From the NCBI GenBank assembly GCA_035084275.1, contig CM068747.1, positions 23,436,001 through 23,500,000 of the forward strand: 64,000 nt of DNA, read 5' to 3'. Made by a program: the position numbers and the translations under genes. The DNA is from Hydrolagus colliei (Eukaryota). Below are positions 1-15,000 of the stretch, in pieces (positions within the stretch are counted from its first letter, which is position 1; each line of letters starts with the position of its first letter). Under the pieces are notes generated by a model. It was given only the letters and a program-made list of their open reading frames with translations. It did not search any database and was not told the DNA's origin.

Positions 1-3000
1 TACAGATGAAGCAAAAGGGCGCCGATCACTGGGTTGAAGCCGGTAAAACCAAACTCCTTTATATTACAATTGATGGACTGGTAGAGAACACAGAGTATGA
101 ATTCCGTGTCCAGGCCAAGAACGATGCCGGTTACAGTGAACCAAGAGAGGCCTTTACATCTGTTATTATTAAAGAACCACAGATAGAGCCTAAAGCAGAT
201 CTCACCGGAATCACCAATCAAACAATCACTTGCAAAACCGGAAGTTCCTTTACCATCGACGTTCCTATCAGTGGACGCCCAACACCCAAGGTAATTTGGA
301 AACTCGAGGAGATGAGACTTAAAGAAAGCGATAGAGTCAGCATCAAGACAACAAAAGAGAGGACAACTCTGAGCATGAAGGAAAGTATGAGAGGCGACTC
401 TGGCAAATATTACTTAACACTGGAAAACACAGCAGGAGTCAAGACCTTTGCCGTGACTGTTAATGTTATTGGCCGACCAGGTTCTGTTATAGGCCCCATA
501 GAAATCTCATCGGTTTCTGCCGATTCCTGCGTATTGTCATGGAAAGAGACTGAAGATGATGGTGGCTCTGAAATCACCAACTATATTGTAGAAAAACGTG
601 AATCGGGTAGTACAGTCTGGCAGCTGGTCAACTCCAGCGTGAAACGCACTCAAATTAAAGTCTCCCATTTGACGAAATACATGGAGTACAACTTCCGTGT
701 CTCTGCAGAGAACAGATTTGGTGTCAGCAAACCATTAGAATCAGCTCCTGTGGTTGCTGAGCATCCATATGGTAAGTTGTATTAAAAAAAAATGCCTTTT
801 GAATTCAAATATGCAATAAATGTTTAGGCGCATGCTTTAGAATGGATTACAAATTAAGAATGATTCCTTTTTTTGTACAAACTGCAGTTCCACCAAGTGC
901 ACCAACTAGGCCAGAAGTCTACTTTATATCTTCGAGTGCCATATCCATTCGATGGGAAGAACCGTACCATGATGGTGGTAGCAAAGTCACTGGTTATTGG
1001 ATTGAAAAGAAGGAACGTAACAGTATTCTGTGGGTGAAAGAAAACAAAATACCATGCCTTGAGTGTCACTACAAAATATCTAGCCTGGTAGAAGGCCTGG
1101 AGTACCAGTTCAGAACCTATGCCATGAATAATGCTGGCTTAGGCAAAGCCAGTGAAGCATCCAGACCACAAACGGCTCAAAATCCTGTTGGTAAGTACAC
1201 GCTTTAAATAAGAGCTAATGTATACATGAAGCAATTGCACTTTTCTAAATCTGCAGCTAATGGGAGATTTCAAGTGAGAATAATATTTCCTTCTGTTTAC
1301 AATTATTTTTACAGATCCTCCAGGTCGACCTGAAGTTACAGATGTTGACAATTCTTCTGTTTCGTTGAAATGGACCGTGCCATTAAATGATGGTGGAAGC
1401 AAGATTATTGGCTATATTGTGGAGCGTAAGCCATATTCTGAGATTGGAGAAGGTCGCTGGCTGAAATGTAACTACACATCTATCATAGATACCTTCTACA
1501 CAGTGTCAGGACTCAGTGAATCAGAGGTTTATGAATTCCGTACTTTGGCTAAGAATGCAAATGGTGTCATCAGTACACCATCTGAATCCACTGGACCAGT
1601 CACTTGCAGAGATGAATATGGTATGTGTAAATAATGTACAATTCAATCATCTATAATTTTATTGTCAATAGCCATTGAATATAAAAGCAGACTTGAATTT
1701 CTTATTAACACTACAAAGTCGCTTTTGAAAGTCCCTTATGCACTTGTTGTTTATTTATATTTCCAGTACCACCAAAGGCTGAACTACACAGCAGACTGCT
1801 TGGAGAAGTGGTAACCATTAGAGCTGGCTCAGATCTTGTGCTTGATTCTTTTGTTGGTGGGAAACCTGATCCTAAGGTCTTCTGGTCTAAGGGAGACAAA
1901 GAACTGGAGCTTTGCGAAAAGATTTCTCTACAGTACACTAACAAGCGGGCCATCGCCATCATTAAGTTTTGCGACAGAAATGACACTGGAAGATACACAC
2001 TAACTGTGAGAAATCCAAGTGGAATTAAGACCGTATCTGTAAATGTTAAAGTGCTCGGTAAGTTTTCTATCACAAAAGGCAATCTGTGCTTTTTGAGCAA
2101 ATAATCAAGGTATAAATTTATGAAGAACTTATATGGGTATGTGAACTTTGTCCTTCATGATCTGTTTAGATTCACCAGGGCCGTGCGAAGGTTCTATCAG
2201 CATCAGCAGAGTAACTGAGGAAAAATGCACTTTGTCATGGAATATGCCACTAGAAGATGGTGGAGCCGAGATTACACACTTTATTGTGGAGCGACGGGAG
2301 ACCAGCAGACTTAACTGGACAATTGTTGAACCCGAGTGCCACACTCTTTCCACCGTAGCTACGAGATTTATAAAGAACAATGAATACATTTTCAGAGTAA
2401 GATCAGTCAACAAATATGGATCTGGTGTACCGCTGGAGTCTGCACCTGTAGTGGCCAGAAACCTATTCAGTAAGTGCCCAATTGATTTTTTTCTTTAAAT
2501 ATTATTAATCACCCTATCAAAGTTGCATCAACTTGCATTATTAATTTGTGTGTCAGCCTGGTACAGTGGCAGCACTCTTGCCTCTGAGTCAGAAGGTTGT
2601 GGGTTCAAGCCCACAACCATTGGGACTTGGAATCACATAGTCTAAAATTGCCTCGGTTAGGCTGCATTGTCATCCTTCGGATGAGACATTAAACCGTAGT
2701 CCCATTTGCCTGTCCAAGTGGACATTAAAGATCCTGTGATCCTGAAAACAGAATCGAGTTTCTCCCAGTCTCCTGCCATAATCCCCTGGCTGTTGGTGGG
2801 ACATTGCTGTGTGCAACTCTCTACCCCATATTGCTTGCAAAACACGAGGTCAATCAATTTTACAGTGAAGCGCTTTAAAATGTCTCGACGACAGTTATTA
2901 TTAAAGGTGTTACTGAAAGCTAATGCACTTGTATTGTTTAAACAGCTGTTCCATCACAACCCGGAGAACCGCTGCTTGTTGCAGTTGGTAAAGAACATAT

Positions 3001-6000
3001 CATCATCCAATGGATGAAGTGCGAAACTGATGGCGGAGCTGAAATTACAAACTACCTGGTCGATAAACGTGAAAAACGAAGTGTGCGTTGGACACGGGTC
3101 AACAAAGAATACACAATTTATGACACCAGACTCAAAGTGACAGGTTTAATGGAGAATTGCGAGTACCAATTCCGTGTTACAGCGGTGAACGCAGCTGGCA
3201 ACAGTGAACCAAGTGAATCGTCGCAGGGCATCCTTTGCAAAGACCCTACATGTAAGTTGTGCTTTTGCAACACACAAATTTTTCAGGATTTTCACGACTG
3301 AAACTATTTTTTTTGATCACTATCTTTAGTATGCTCCTGAACCTAATCTATTTCTATTCATGAACAGATACACCTGGATCACCTTCAGCACCAAGAGTTG
3401 TGGACACAACCCGGCACAGCATTAGCCTAGCATGGACAAGACCCATGTATGATGGTGGTTCTGATATCATCGGCTATGTTCTTGAAATGAAAGAGGAAGG
3501 TACAGAGCAGTGGTACAGAGCACACACGACTTCTTCCTTGAGGAACACTGAGTACACAGTTACAGCTCTGGTAACTGGCAAGAAGTACTGTTTCAGGGTC
3601 GCTTCTGTCAATATCAACGGAATAAGTGATTTCAGTGAATCATCTGCTGAAATCGAATCAATAGAAAGGATAGGTAAGTGGCATGGATTTGAAAACAGAA
3701 TCACGTGGGTATTCAATGCTTTACTCCTTTCTGCCTGGACATCACCAGGATAGATGTGTGTAAATAGTGAATTGCAATTATGTCTCTGAAAATCTATTCA
3801 AACACCAATTTCAAATGTCCAAGCAATAGAGTGAGTTGTGACATATCTTGGAATAACTAACTATAGATCCCTTTGTGAATCGCAGAAAAAATATCTCAAC
3901 ATGCATACTTATTATTATAATCAAAATTGTACTGTGTGTGAATTTACTTGGAAGAAATGTTAAAATCACACCAGATATCCTTAAAACACTTGTATGCTGT
4001 TACTTTTGGACAACATCTAATAAAACAATTTTTTTTAAGAGTAACTATTACTATTTTCTGTCTTGGTCATGCTAATGGCATTCCATTCATTCCAGAAATT
4101 CCAGACCTTGAGCTCGATGATGATCTGAAGAAAACTGTCACTGTTAGAGCCGGTGGCTCTCTCCGCTTAATGGTCTCTGTATTGGGAAGACCAGCTCCAG
4201 TAATAAACTGGAGCAAGACTGGCGTTGACCTCGTGAGCCGTGGTTTTATTGATACAACCGACTCTTACTCACTGCTAATAATCGAGAAAGTGAATCGTTA
4301 CGACGCAGGAAAATACACCATTGAGGCTGAAAACCCATCTGGCAAGAAAGCAGCAACTATCGTTGTCAAAGTATACGGTATGTGTTTTAATTTAGCTTTT
4401 TCGATTCTAGTTGATTTATAGCTCCTTCCTTACTTCCTCCCTCCCACCATTGGTGGCAGAGACCTTAGCCACTACTCTATGCCCTGCCTTTTGAAACTAA
4501 TAATAAAATATACAGTCAACTCACTTCACCGTATATTCTGTGAAACTCTTTGATACCTCTTGAAGACCATAATAAGATGCTATATCCAGTGCAAGGTTTA
4601 TTATTAATAATATACAAAATCTCTTTGCTTCATCTGCTCTCTCTGTGTCTTCAAAATCCTCTTAAAAACAGAGCATATTGTCCCTGCTTTTTGCTCCATA
4701 CTAATACAATCCAAGTGCTTTTATAAGTCATCCCACACAACCACATGTTGTGTTGTCAATTTCTGCTGAACATTTCAAAACATTTAACATATGAAATACA
4801 TTGTTTTGTTTTCAGATACGCCTGGCCCACCTGGTGCGGTTAGGGTTAAGGAAGTCACGAAGGAATCGGTCGTTATAACTTGGGAAGTGCCATTAATTGA
4901 CGGTGGAGCACCTATCAACAACTACATCATTGAGAAACGTGAAGCAGCTATGAGAGCGTTCAAGACGGTGACAATTAAGTGTAGCAAGACAATTTGCAGA
5001 ATCACCGGGCTCCACGAAGGAAGCCTGTACTATTTCAGAGTCTTGCCAGAGAATATCTATGGAATTGGTGAACCATGTGAAACAGCAGATGCTGTGCTTG
5101 TGTCTGAAGTTCCTATGATTCCACAGAAACTAGACGTGGTTGATGTCAGCAAGTCCTCAGTTACACTTGCCTGGGAGAAGCCACTACATGATGGAGGCAC
5201 TAGATTGACTGGTTATGTCATTGAAGCATGCAAGGCCGGTACAGAAAGATGGATGAAGGTTGCAACTGTTAAACAAACGGTTTTCGAGCACACCATCGTT
5301 TCCCTAAATGAGAACGAGCAATATCTCTTCCGAGTCTGCTGCCTAAATGCCAAGGGAGTGAGTGAAGCCAGAGAGATTGTGACTGCTGTCACTGTAAAGG
5401 AACAGAGAGGTATGTATATCTTCAGAATGTATTTGTTGTTTAGATGGTAGCTGACAAAGCTATTCGGTACAAGGAAGAATGGATCAGGTTCAGCCCCTAA
5501 CTCATGTCAACTCTTATTTATTTTCTTTAACAGTGGTGCCAACAATAGATTTAACAGGCCTAAGTCAAAAGACCATGTCAGTGCCTGCTGGCAAGCCCAT
5601 TGAACTGGTTATTCCGATCGGTGGACGTCCAGCCCCCGTGGCTTCCTGGTACTTTGCTGGAAACAAAATGAGAGAGGGCGATCGGATCAAGATGGAAAAA
5701 GCAGCTAAAGTAGTGAAGCTCACCGTGCGTGAAACCACTATCGACGACTCTGGTGACTACTTGCTCGAGCTGAAAAACGTTGCTGGAACCGCTTCTGAAT
5801 CGATCAAAGTGATCATTCTTGGTAAGTATTTCTCTCCAGCACTTCACTGAAATAAAATACAGCTTCGGTTTTCAATGTTCAATAATGCATTTTTTCCGAA
5901 TCGTAAACCTGTAGAACAGGCTCCCTAGGTAGGCGGTTGAAGCGGGAAAAGTTAATTCCTTCAAACGCAGATGAGACCGTGTTCTTTTAGGAAATAACAT

Positions 6001-9000
6001 TATGCGATATAGTACACGGGTGGTTCGGGACATATGTGTGCATGCGACCGCCAGGAAGTTGCAAGGCAAACTAGATGGTCTTTTAGTCGCTTAATAATGC
6101 TTCCGTTCTTAACAAACGTATATTAATGCATTCTGCAGATAAACCAGGGTGTCCAGCGGGTCCAATTCGATTTGATGAGATTGATGCCACCACAATGACT
6201 ATTAGCTGGGACCCACCAGAGAAAGAAGGTGGAGCGACCATCACTGGCTACGTGGTTGAACAACGCGATGCACATCGTCCAGGATGGCTACCAGTGTCGG
6301 AATCTGTTACCAGGACCATGTTCAAATTCATTAGATTAATTGAAGGCACTGAATATGTCTTCCGTGTAGCAGCTACAAACCGCTTTGGCATCGGATCATT
6401 CTTACAATCTGACATTGTGCAGTGCAAGAGTGCCATCAGTAAGTTTATTGCTGTAAATTAGAGACGTTACCTGTAGTTTATCTGTAAATTTGAGACATTA
6501 CGATACGTACAATGTGTAACATGATTTCTTCATTGTGTTGATCCTCAAGTTGTTAGTAGTGCTACAGAAACTGCTATCTTTCTCTCAGAACTGAGGAAAC
6601 AGGCCATTTGTCCCAATCAGTCCTTGTCAAGTGTTTATACTCCTCATGAGTCTCTGCCACTCCTTGCTCCCTCCTATATCCTTCTCTTCACCCAAAACAG
6701 GCTAACCTGTCCTTTACACCTTCAGCTCATGTACCATGAGTCACACTGACAATAAACCCATATTTTATCAATATAGGCTTATTCCTATCGTATCAACTCA
6801 TAACTTACTAAAATAAATCCTAAAAATATGATTTCAAATAAAATCAGCAGTTTAACTTTTTTAATCGGTATTCTGTTATGAATCCTATCCCTGCCATGTA
6901 AAGCGACTAAACGACCAGGAAAGAAACATTATTGATCTTCTCTTTTTCAACAGACATTTCCGAACCGCCCGATACCCCGCAGGTATTCGATGTTTCTCGT
7001 GATGGAATGACCATTACTTGGGACGTGCCAGTTGAAGATGGTGGCTCCAAGGTTTCTGGGTACATCATTGAACGCAAAGAGCTGAGAGCTGAACGGTGGA
7101 TCCGAGTCAACAAAGTAGCTGTGACCATGACAAGATACCGTTCCACTGGACTCATTGAAGGACTGGAGTACGAACACCGAGTGACTGCTATCAACGCAAG
7201 AGGTGAAAGCAAACCAAGCCGGCCATCCAAGCCTGCAATTGCCATGGACCCAATAGGTAAAATATATACAGTCTTTATACAGTATACAGTCAATTCACTT
7301 TACAGTATTTCCTGTGAAGCACATTGAGACATCTCGACCATGTGATAAAGTGCTGCATCAAATGCAAGGAATATTACTATTAATGTCACAAGTTGCGTTA
7401 TCAACTTGATTTGTTGTCTTCCGCAGAACCACCCGAAAAGCCCCAGAACCCAAGAGTTACAGACACTACACGGACATCCGTGTCTCTTGCCTGGAGCCCA
7501 CCGGATGAGGAAGGAGGTTCCAAGGTCACTGGGTACCTCATTCAAATGCAGAAAGTTGATCAGTTTGAATGGACCAAGTGCAATACCACTCCAACAAAGA
7601 TCTGTGAATACACCCTGACTCACATGCCACAGGGAGCTGAATACAGGTTCAGGATATTAGCAGTTAATGCTGGTGGACCAGGTGAACCTGCTGATGTCCC
7701 AGGAACAGTCAAAGTCACTGAAATGATAGGTGAGAATTCTTAATCTTCAGATATTTTCTTTTATTTCTACCTTCGTTCCTGAATCATTTTGCAGAGGTTT
7801 GGTTTGGGGATAATAACATGATTGTCTGCCGTATTGAATCGTCGCTGTGTTAAAAGTTGAATAATTTTTCTTTGGGGGTTTTTTCCCGCAGTATATCCTG
7901 ATTATGAACTTGATCCTAAATATCTGGAAGGCCTGATGGTCAGACAAGGTGCAGTTGTCAAGCTGACCGTGCCGATCAAAGGCAAACCTATTCCTGTTTG
8001 CAAGTGGACGAAGGAAGGTCGTGATGTCAGCCACCGCGCTATGATCGCATCAAGTGACACCCACACTGAACTCGTGATAAAAGAAGCAGATAGAGATGAT
8101 TCAGGCACTTATGACTTGGTCCTCGAAAACAACTGTGGCAAAAAGGCAGTTTACATTAAGGTGAAAGTGATTGGAATTCCGAATCGTCCAGAAGGACCAC
8201 TTGAATTTGACGACATTCAAGCTCGTTCTGTCAGAGTTAGCTGGAGACCTCCCACTGATGATGGTGGATCAGACATCATTGCTTATACTGTTGAGAGACG
8301 TGAGGTGCCTAAAACCGCCTGGTATACTGTGGATTGCACAGTAAAGGAGTGTTCCGTAGTTATTAAAGGCCTGAAAGAAAACACGGAATATCACTTCCGA
8401 GTTTCTGCTGAAAACAACTTTGGCATCAGTCAATCTCTAAAATCTGAACAACCAGTTATACCAAAGACACAACTAAGTAAGTGTAACATTTGTTGAACAC
8501 AGAGTAAAATATTATCTTACTCTCAAAATTGTCTTCAGCAATTCTTCAGATTAATTAGTCATTCATTTGTGTGTGTGTGTGTATATGTGTGCTTTTAATG
8601 TTGATAATGGAGTGTTAATGTGACTATATCTCAAGTCAATAATAAATTAACTGCTCTTTGTTTTAGATCCACCAGAGCCTCCAAGCAATCCTCCCGAAAT
8701 CTTGGATGTTACCAAAACATCCGTCTCTCTATCTTGGTCAAGGCCAAAGGATGATGGTGGATCTCGCGTCACTGGCTATTTTATTGATCGCAAAGAATCC
8801 ACTACAGATAAATGGGTCCGACAGAACAAGACCCAAATTACCACAACAATGTACACTGTCATAGGACTTGTACCAGACGCTGAGTATCAGTTCCGTATCC
8901 TGGCCCAGAATGAAGTAGGATTCAGTGAACCAAGTCAAGCATCAGAGAGTGTTATATGCAAGGATCCCTTTGGTATGTTATATTTTTCTGGCTGCACTTA

Positions 9001-12000
9001 AATCTTTCATTTGAATGAATTGAACTTATACGTCTGGGAGTTGAAACCCAGTGTGGTTGCAATATCTTCATCGGAACGAATGTATCACATGTCATCCATT
9101 GTTTTATAACAATTTCTAATTAAAACACCCATTTCCTATTCCCAGATAAACCAAGCCAACCCGGAGAAATCGAGATCATTTCTGTCACAAAGGACAGTAT
9201 CGCTATAAAATGGGCACGTCCTGAATGCGATGGTGGCAAGGATATCATTGGTTACTGGGTTGAGTACCGTCAATCTGGCGAGAGTTCCTGGAAGAAATGC
9301 AACAAGGATCTCATCAAAGACAAACAGTTTACCCAAGGAGGCCTCCTGGAGGCTACGGAATATGAATTCAGAGTCTTCGCCGAGAACGAGACTGGAATCG
9401 GCAGGCCGCGCAGAACTCCTGTAACAATCAAGACTAAACTGACCTGTACGTTTTTTGATTCGTACTATATTTTTGTGTAGATTTAAATGAATACATTCTA
9501 TATGTTGTTGAAACCAACACTTGCTAATTGTCCTTTTGTCCTTTCTCTTTTTAAAAAAAAAATCAACAGCTGGAGAAGCACCAGCGATCAGACAAGAAAT
9601 TAAAGAGGTTACAACTAAATTGGGTGAGAGCGGAACACTGAGCTGCCAGATTATTGGTAAACCGCTTCCTGAAATCAAGTGGTTCCATTACATCAAAGAA
9701 GTAACTCAAAGCCGCAAGTATAAAATGAGCTCAGATGGACGTAACCATTCATTAACTGTTAAAACAGAAGACCAGGACGATGAAGGTCCATACACCTGCA
9801 AGGCCACCAATGATGCTGGGGAGACTGAAGTTACGGGCAAGCTCTTGCTCCAAGCACCTCCACAGTTCCATTCTGGATTCCCATTGAAAGAAAAATATAT
9901 AGTTGGCAGTGGCACAAGTCTCCGCATCCACGTGGTCTACATTGGTCGTCCTGTGCCTGCTATTCACTGGTTCCACAGCAAGAAACCTTTAGCAAATTCA
10001 GAGACTGTATCGATAGAAAACACAGAAAACTACACTCACCTCGTAGTCAGAAATGTCAATCGGAAAATCCATGCTGGAAAATACAAAGTGCAACTTAGCA
10101 ACGTATTTGGAACAGTGGATGCTGTAATTGATGTGGAAATACAAGGTAATTTCATCGAGTTTGGTTTTATGTGGTAGTTTGACATAATTTATTGCTAGAT
10201 ACTTCACTCACCGTAACAGTCAGCCTAAAACCAGTTATGTTTCTCTACAGATAAGCCAGATATTCCTGAAGGGCCAATAGTAATGGATGCTATCCTGAAG
10301 AATTCGGCATTGATCAGCTGGAAACCACCAATTGATAACGGAGGAGCTATGATTACCAATTATATTGTAGAAAAGCGTGAAGCCAAAGAAGAAGAAAAAT
10401 GGCATCTTGTATCATCTGCTATTGCTGGCACCTCTTGCAGAATTGTAAACCTTATCGATAATGCTGGATACTACTTCCGTGTTTCTGCTCAGAACCAGTT
10501 TGGCGTCAGTCAGGCATTGGAAGTCTCATCCGTTGTCTTCATCAAGAGTGCATTTGGTAAGTCAACAGCAAAAACGACTTGCATTTACTTGCATTCACTT
10601 AGGGTAGCGTCACACTGCATTTGAAATGTTTGCAGATTACTCTTAATATTTTCTGTCTTATCTCGTCACGTCGAATTTTCTTTTTATTTTGTCCTCTACA
10701 GGAAAGCCTGGCGAGGCATCGAAACCTGCTGTAGCTGCTGTCACAAAGGACTCTTGCGTGGTGTCATGGAAGCCACCCACTAGCGATGGTGGTGCAAAGA
10801 TTAGAAACTACTACCTTGAGAGACGCGAGAAGAAGCAGAACAAATGGATCGCCGTCACAACCGATGAAATCCATGAGACCGTTTACTCTGTGAAAGGCCT
10901 CATCGAAGGCCTGGAATATGAGTTCCGTGTCAAGTGTGAAAACCTTGGTGGTGAGAGTAACTGGAGCGAGGTATCTGAGCCCATTGTTCCAAAGTCCGAT
11001 GTGCCCATCAGAGCACCGCAGTTCAAAGAAGAATTGCACAACCTGAATGTCAAATATAAGGGCAACGCCACTTTTGTTTGCAAGGTTACTGGAAATCCTA
11101 AACCAATCGTGAAATGGTTCAAACAAGGCAAAGAGATCGAGCCTGATGGTGTAAAAATAAAGGTCCAGGAATTTAAGGGTGGCTACCACCAACTGGTGAT
11201 TACAAGTGTAGTAGGAGAAGATGCTACTGTTTACCAAATCCGTGCAACAAACCAAGGAGGTTCTATTTCAACCACAGTATCATTGGATGTTGAAGGTATA
11301 TATTCCCCAGTAATGTCGTAAACATGTTTTATAATGGTCAGGAAGAAAATAGTAATACATGTATTAAATGTGCTGCGACTTTAATGTTTAATCCGTAAAA
11401 GTAAATGTCGTCTCTTTTTCTTTCTGATAGTTCCAGCCGAGATTCACTTACCCAAACACCTAGAAGGCATGGGTGCAGTGCACGCTCTCCATGGTGAAAT
11501 AATTAGCATTAAAATTCCTTTCATTGGCAAGCCTGATCCTGTCATCACATGGCAAAAGGGACAAGATCTGATCGATACTAACGGTCACTTCCAAGTCATT
11601 GTGACCAGGTCATTCACATCTCTCGTATTCCCCAATGGAGTCGACAGGAAAGATGCTGGTTTCTACATTGTATGTGCCAAGAACAGGTTTGGCATAGATC
11701 AGCAAACCGTTGAACTGGACGTGGCAGATGTACCTGACCCACCAAGAGGAATCCAAGTCAGCGACATTTCGCGCGATTCTGTTGCTTTAACATGGAATCC
11801 TCCAGCCAGTGATGGTGGAAGCAAAGTAATTAACTACGTTATTCAAAAGTGCGCAACCACGGCAGAAATGTGGATCCGTGTTGGTCAATCGCGTGAGACA
11901 CGCTACACTGTTGTGAATCTGTTTGGCAAGACGAGCTACCAGTTCCGCGTCATTGCGGAGAACAAGTTTGGCCAGAGTCAACCATCGGAATCAACCGAAC

Positions 12001-15000
12001 CCGTCGTCACTAAGGAAGACAAGACCAGGGTTATGAACTATGACGAGGAGGTTGATGAACTCAGAGAGATAACCAAACAGAAAGCTACTCATTCTGCTAC
12101 CAAAGTACTTCACACCAAATACATGATTGCTGAAGAATTAGGGCGCGGACAGTTTGGTATTGTACACCGATGCATCGATCAGAGCAGTAAGAAAACTTAT
12201 ATGGTCAAGTTCGTTAAAGTAAAAGGCACTGATCAGGTATTGGTGAAGAAGGAGATTAAGACCTTCAATGTTGCTAAACACCACAGCATCCTTCAGCTGC
12301 ACGAATCATTTGATAGTCTTGAAGAACTGGTCATGGTCTTTGAGTTCATCTCAGGGGTTGATATCTTTGAACGCATTAGCACATCCACTTTTGAGTTGAG
12401 TGAAAGGGAAATTATCAACTACACTCGACAGATCTGCGAAGCCCTTGAGTTCCTGCATAGTCAGAATATAGGCCATTTTGATATCAAAGGAGAAAATGTC
12501 ATCTTCACAACAAGAAAGAGTTCCAAAGTTAAGATTATTGAACTTGGACAGGCAAGGCAACTTAAACCCGGTGATAACATTAGGATACAATTCACTGCCC
12601 CAGAATACACAGCACCCGAGCTGCATCAGCACGATATGGTCAGAACATCTGTTGACATGTGGTCAGTAGGTACTCTTGTCTATGTACTGCTTTGTGGCTT
12701 CAATCCATTTATGGCTGAAACAAACCAGCAGATTATCGATAACATTTGCAATGCAGAATACAACTTTGAGGACGAAGCTTTCAAAGATATCTCTACTGAA
12801 GCTCTGGACTTTGTAGATCGCCTTCTGGTCAAAGATTGGAAGAGCCGCATGACTGCTGCCGATGCCCTTGAACATCCTTGGTTGAAACAGAGGACAGAGA
12901 CAATGAGCACCAAAGTCATTAAGACTCTGAGGCACAGAAGATACTATCAGAGCCTGGTGAAGAAAGATTTCAATGTTGTTGTCTCTTCCGCCCGCATATC
13001 TTCTGGTGGGGCTATTAGATCACAACGTGGGGTTACTATTTCTAAAGTTAAGGTGGCTCCAATCGATATCGGTCCACTTACTTCCCAAATTATGCATGCC
13101 ACTGCTGAAGAAGGCGGACACGTTAAATATTCCTGCAAGATAGAAAACTATGACGAGGCTACCCAAGTGACTTGGTACTTTGGTATTAGGCAACTGGAAA
13201 GCAGCAACAAATATGAAATTACCTACCAAGATGGTTTGGCAACAATATATGTTAAAGACATCAACAATGCCGACGATGGCACTTACCGATGCAGAGTGCA
13301 GAATGACTATGGTGAAGATAGCTCCTACGCAGAACTCTTTGTGAGCGGTGTCAGAGAAATGCGTTCCTATTATGTGCAACGTAAGGTGAGGAAAGCAAAA
13401 CGCAGAGTGGATACCAGGAGGCTCCTTGAGAAGCCACCAGAGTTTACTTTGCCTTTGTACAATCATTCTGCATACGTTGGAGAAACTGTCAGGTTCGGTG
13501 TCACTATCACTGTACACCCTGAACCACGAGTAACGTGGTTAAAATTTGGCCAGAAGATTAAACCAGGCGAAGATGAGAAAAAGTATACTTTTATAACTGA
13601 CAAAGGCCTCTACCAGCTTCTAATCCACAATGTAACATTAGATGACGATGCTGAATATGGTGTATTGGCTCGGAATAAATATGGTGAGGACAGCTGCAAA
13701 GGCAAATTGACGGTAACGCCTCATCCGCCTCCAGCAGACAATACTTTAAGGCCAATGTTTAAGCGATTGTTGGCGAATTTGGAATGCGTAGAAGGCAACT
13801 CTGTTCGTTTTGAATGCAGAGTGTCTGGCACACCACCTCCAACTCTGAAGTGGGAGAAAGATGGTCAATCTTTGCCATTATGTCCAAATATTGAAGTGAT
13901 CCATGAAGGTCTAGACTACTATGTGTTGAGCATACGGGACACGTTAGTAGAGGACTCTGGCATTTACAGAGTTATTGCAACCAACAGTGCTGGATCATCA
14001 AGTTGTCAAGCCTACCTAAAGGTTGAGCGTGTGACCTACGTCAAGCATCAGTATAGGGATGAGGAGGACCGCCGAGTGCAAGTTCAGAAGAAAATCGACA
14101 AAACCTTGCGAATGGCTGAAATACTGGCAAAGGTTGAACATGTGCCATTGACGGCAGTAGCACAGGATGCACTGAGAGAAGCTGCTACAATGTATAAACC
14201 AGCTGTCAGCACAAAGAACGTACAAGGAGAATATGAGATTTCGAAGGAAGTAAAGGCAAAGGCAGAAAAGAAACTTCGCATGCCATATGACATACCACAA
14301 CCTCGTGTGCATGAAGCACGTGCAATCGAAGAAAATCAGGATATCAAACAATTTGTGCCTTTGTCGGATATGAAGTGGTACAGGAAGATACGAGACCAGT
14401 ATGAAATTCCAGGAACCATAGAGAAACTTGTGACAAAGAGACCCAAACGAATCCGTCTCTCAAGGTGGGAACAGTTCTATGAGGTGCCTCTTCCACGCTT
14501 TACAGATCAGTATAAACCCAAATGGCGCATACCAACCTTGACCCAAGATGATCTGGAAATAGTCAGACCAGCTCGAAGGCGCTCAATATCGCCCGAGTGT
14601 GAAATATGTTGTAGGCTAAGAAGGAGATCGCTTGGCGATGTTTCAGTTGATGAATTGCTTCTCCCTGTGGATGACTACCTTTCAATGAAGAGAGTAGAAG
14701 AGGAAAGACTACGGCTTGAGGAGGAACTTGTGTTGGGATTTTCCGCTTCTCCCCCAAGGTACAGCCCTCCGCGTTTTGAGTTATCATCACTTCAGCGCAA
14801 ATCCATACGGACAAAACAAGCTACAGAAGAGGAGGAGGAAGATTATCGCAGGTACGAAACGTATCATATCCCATCCAAGTATGAAGCCGGCCCAAGCTTT
14901 ATCGACCTCCGCCAGCGTCACGACAAGGCCGTTTATAAGCCACCGAAACAGAAGCAAAGAGTAATCGACGACAGAGAGGACGAAGAGCTGCTCCGACCAT

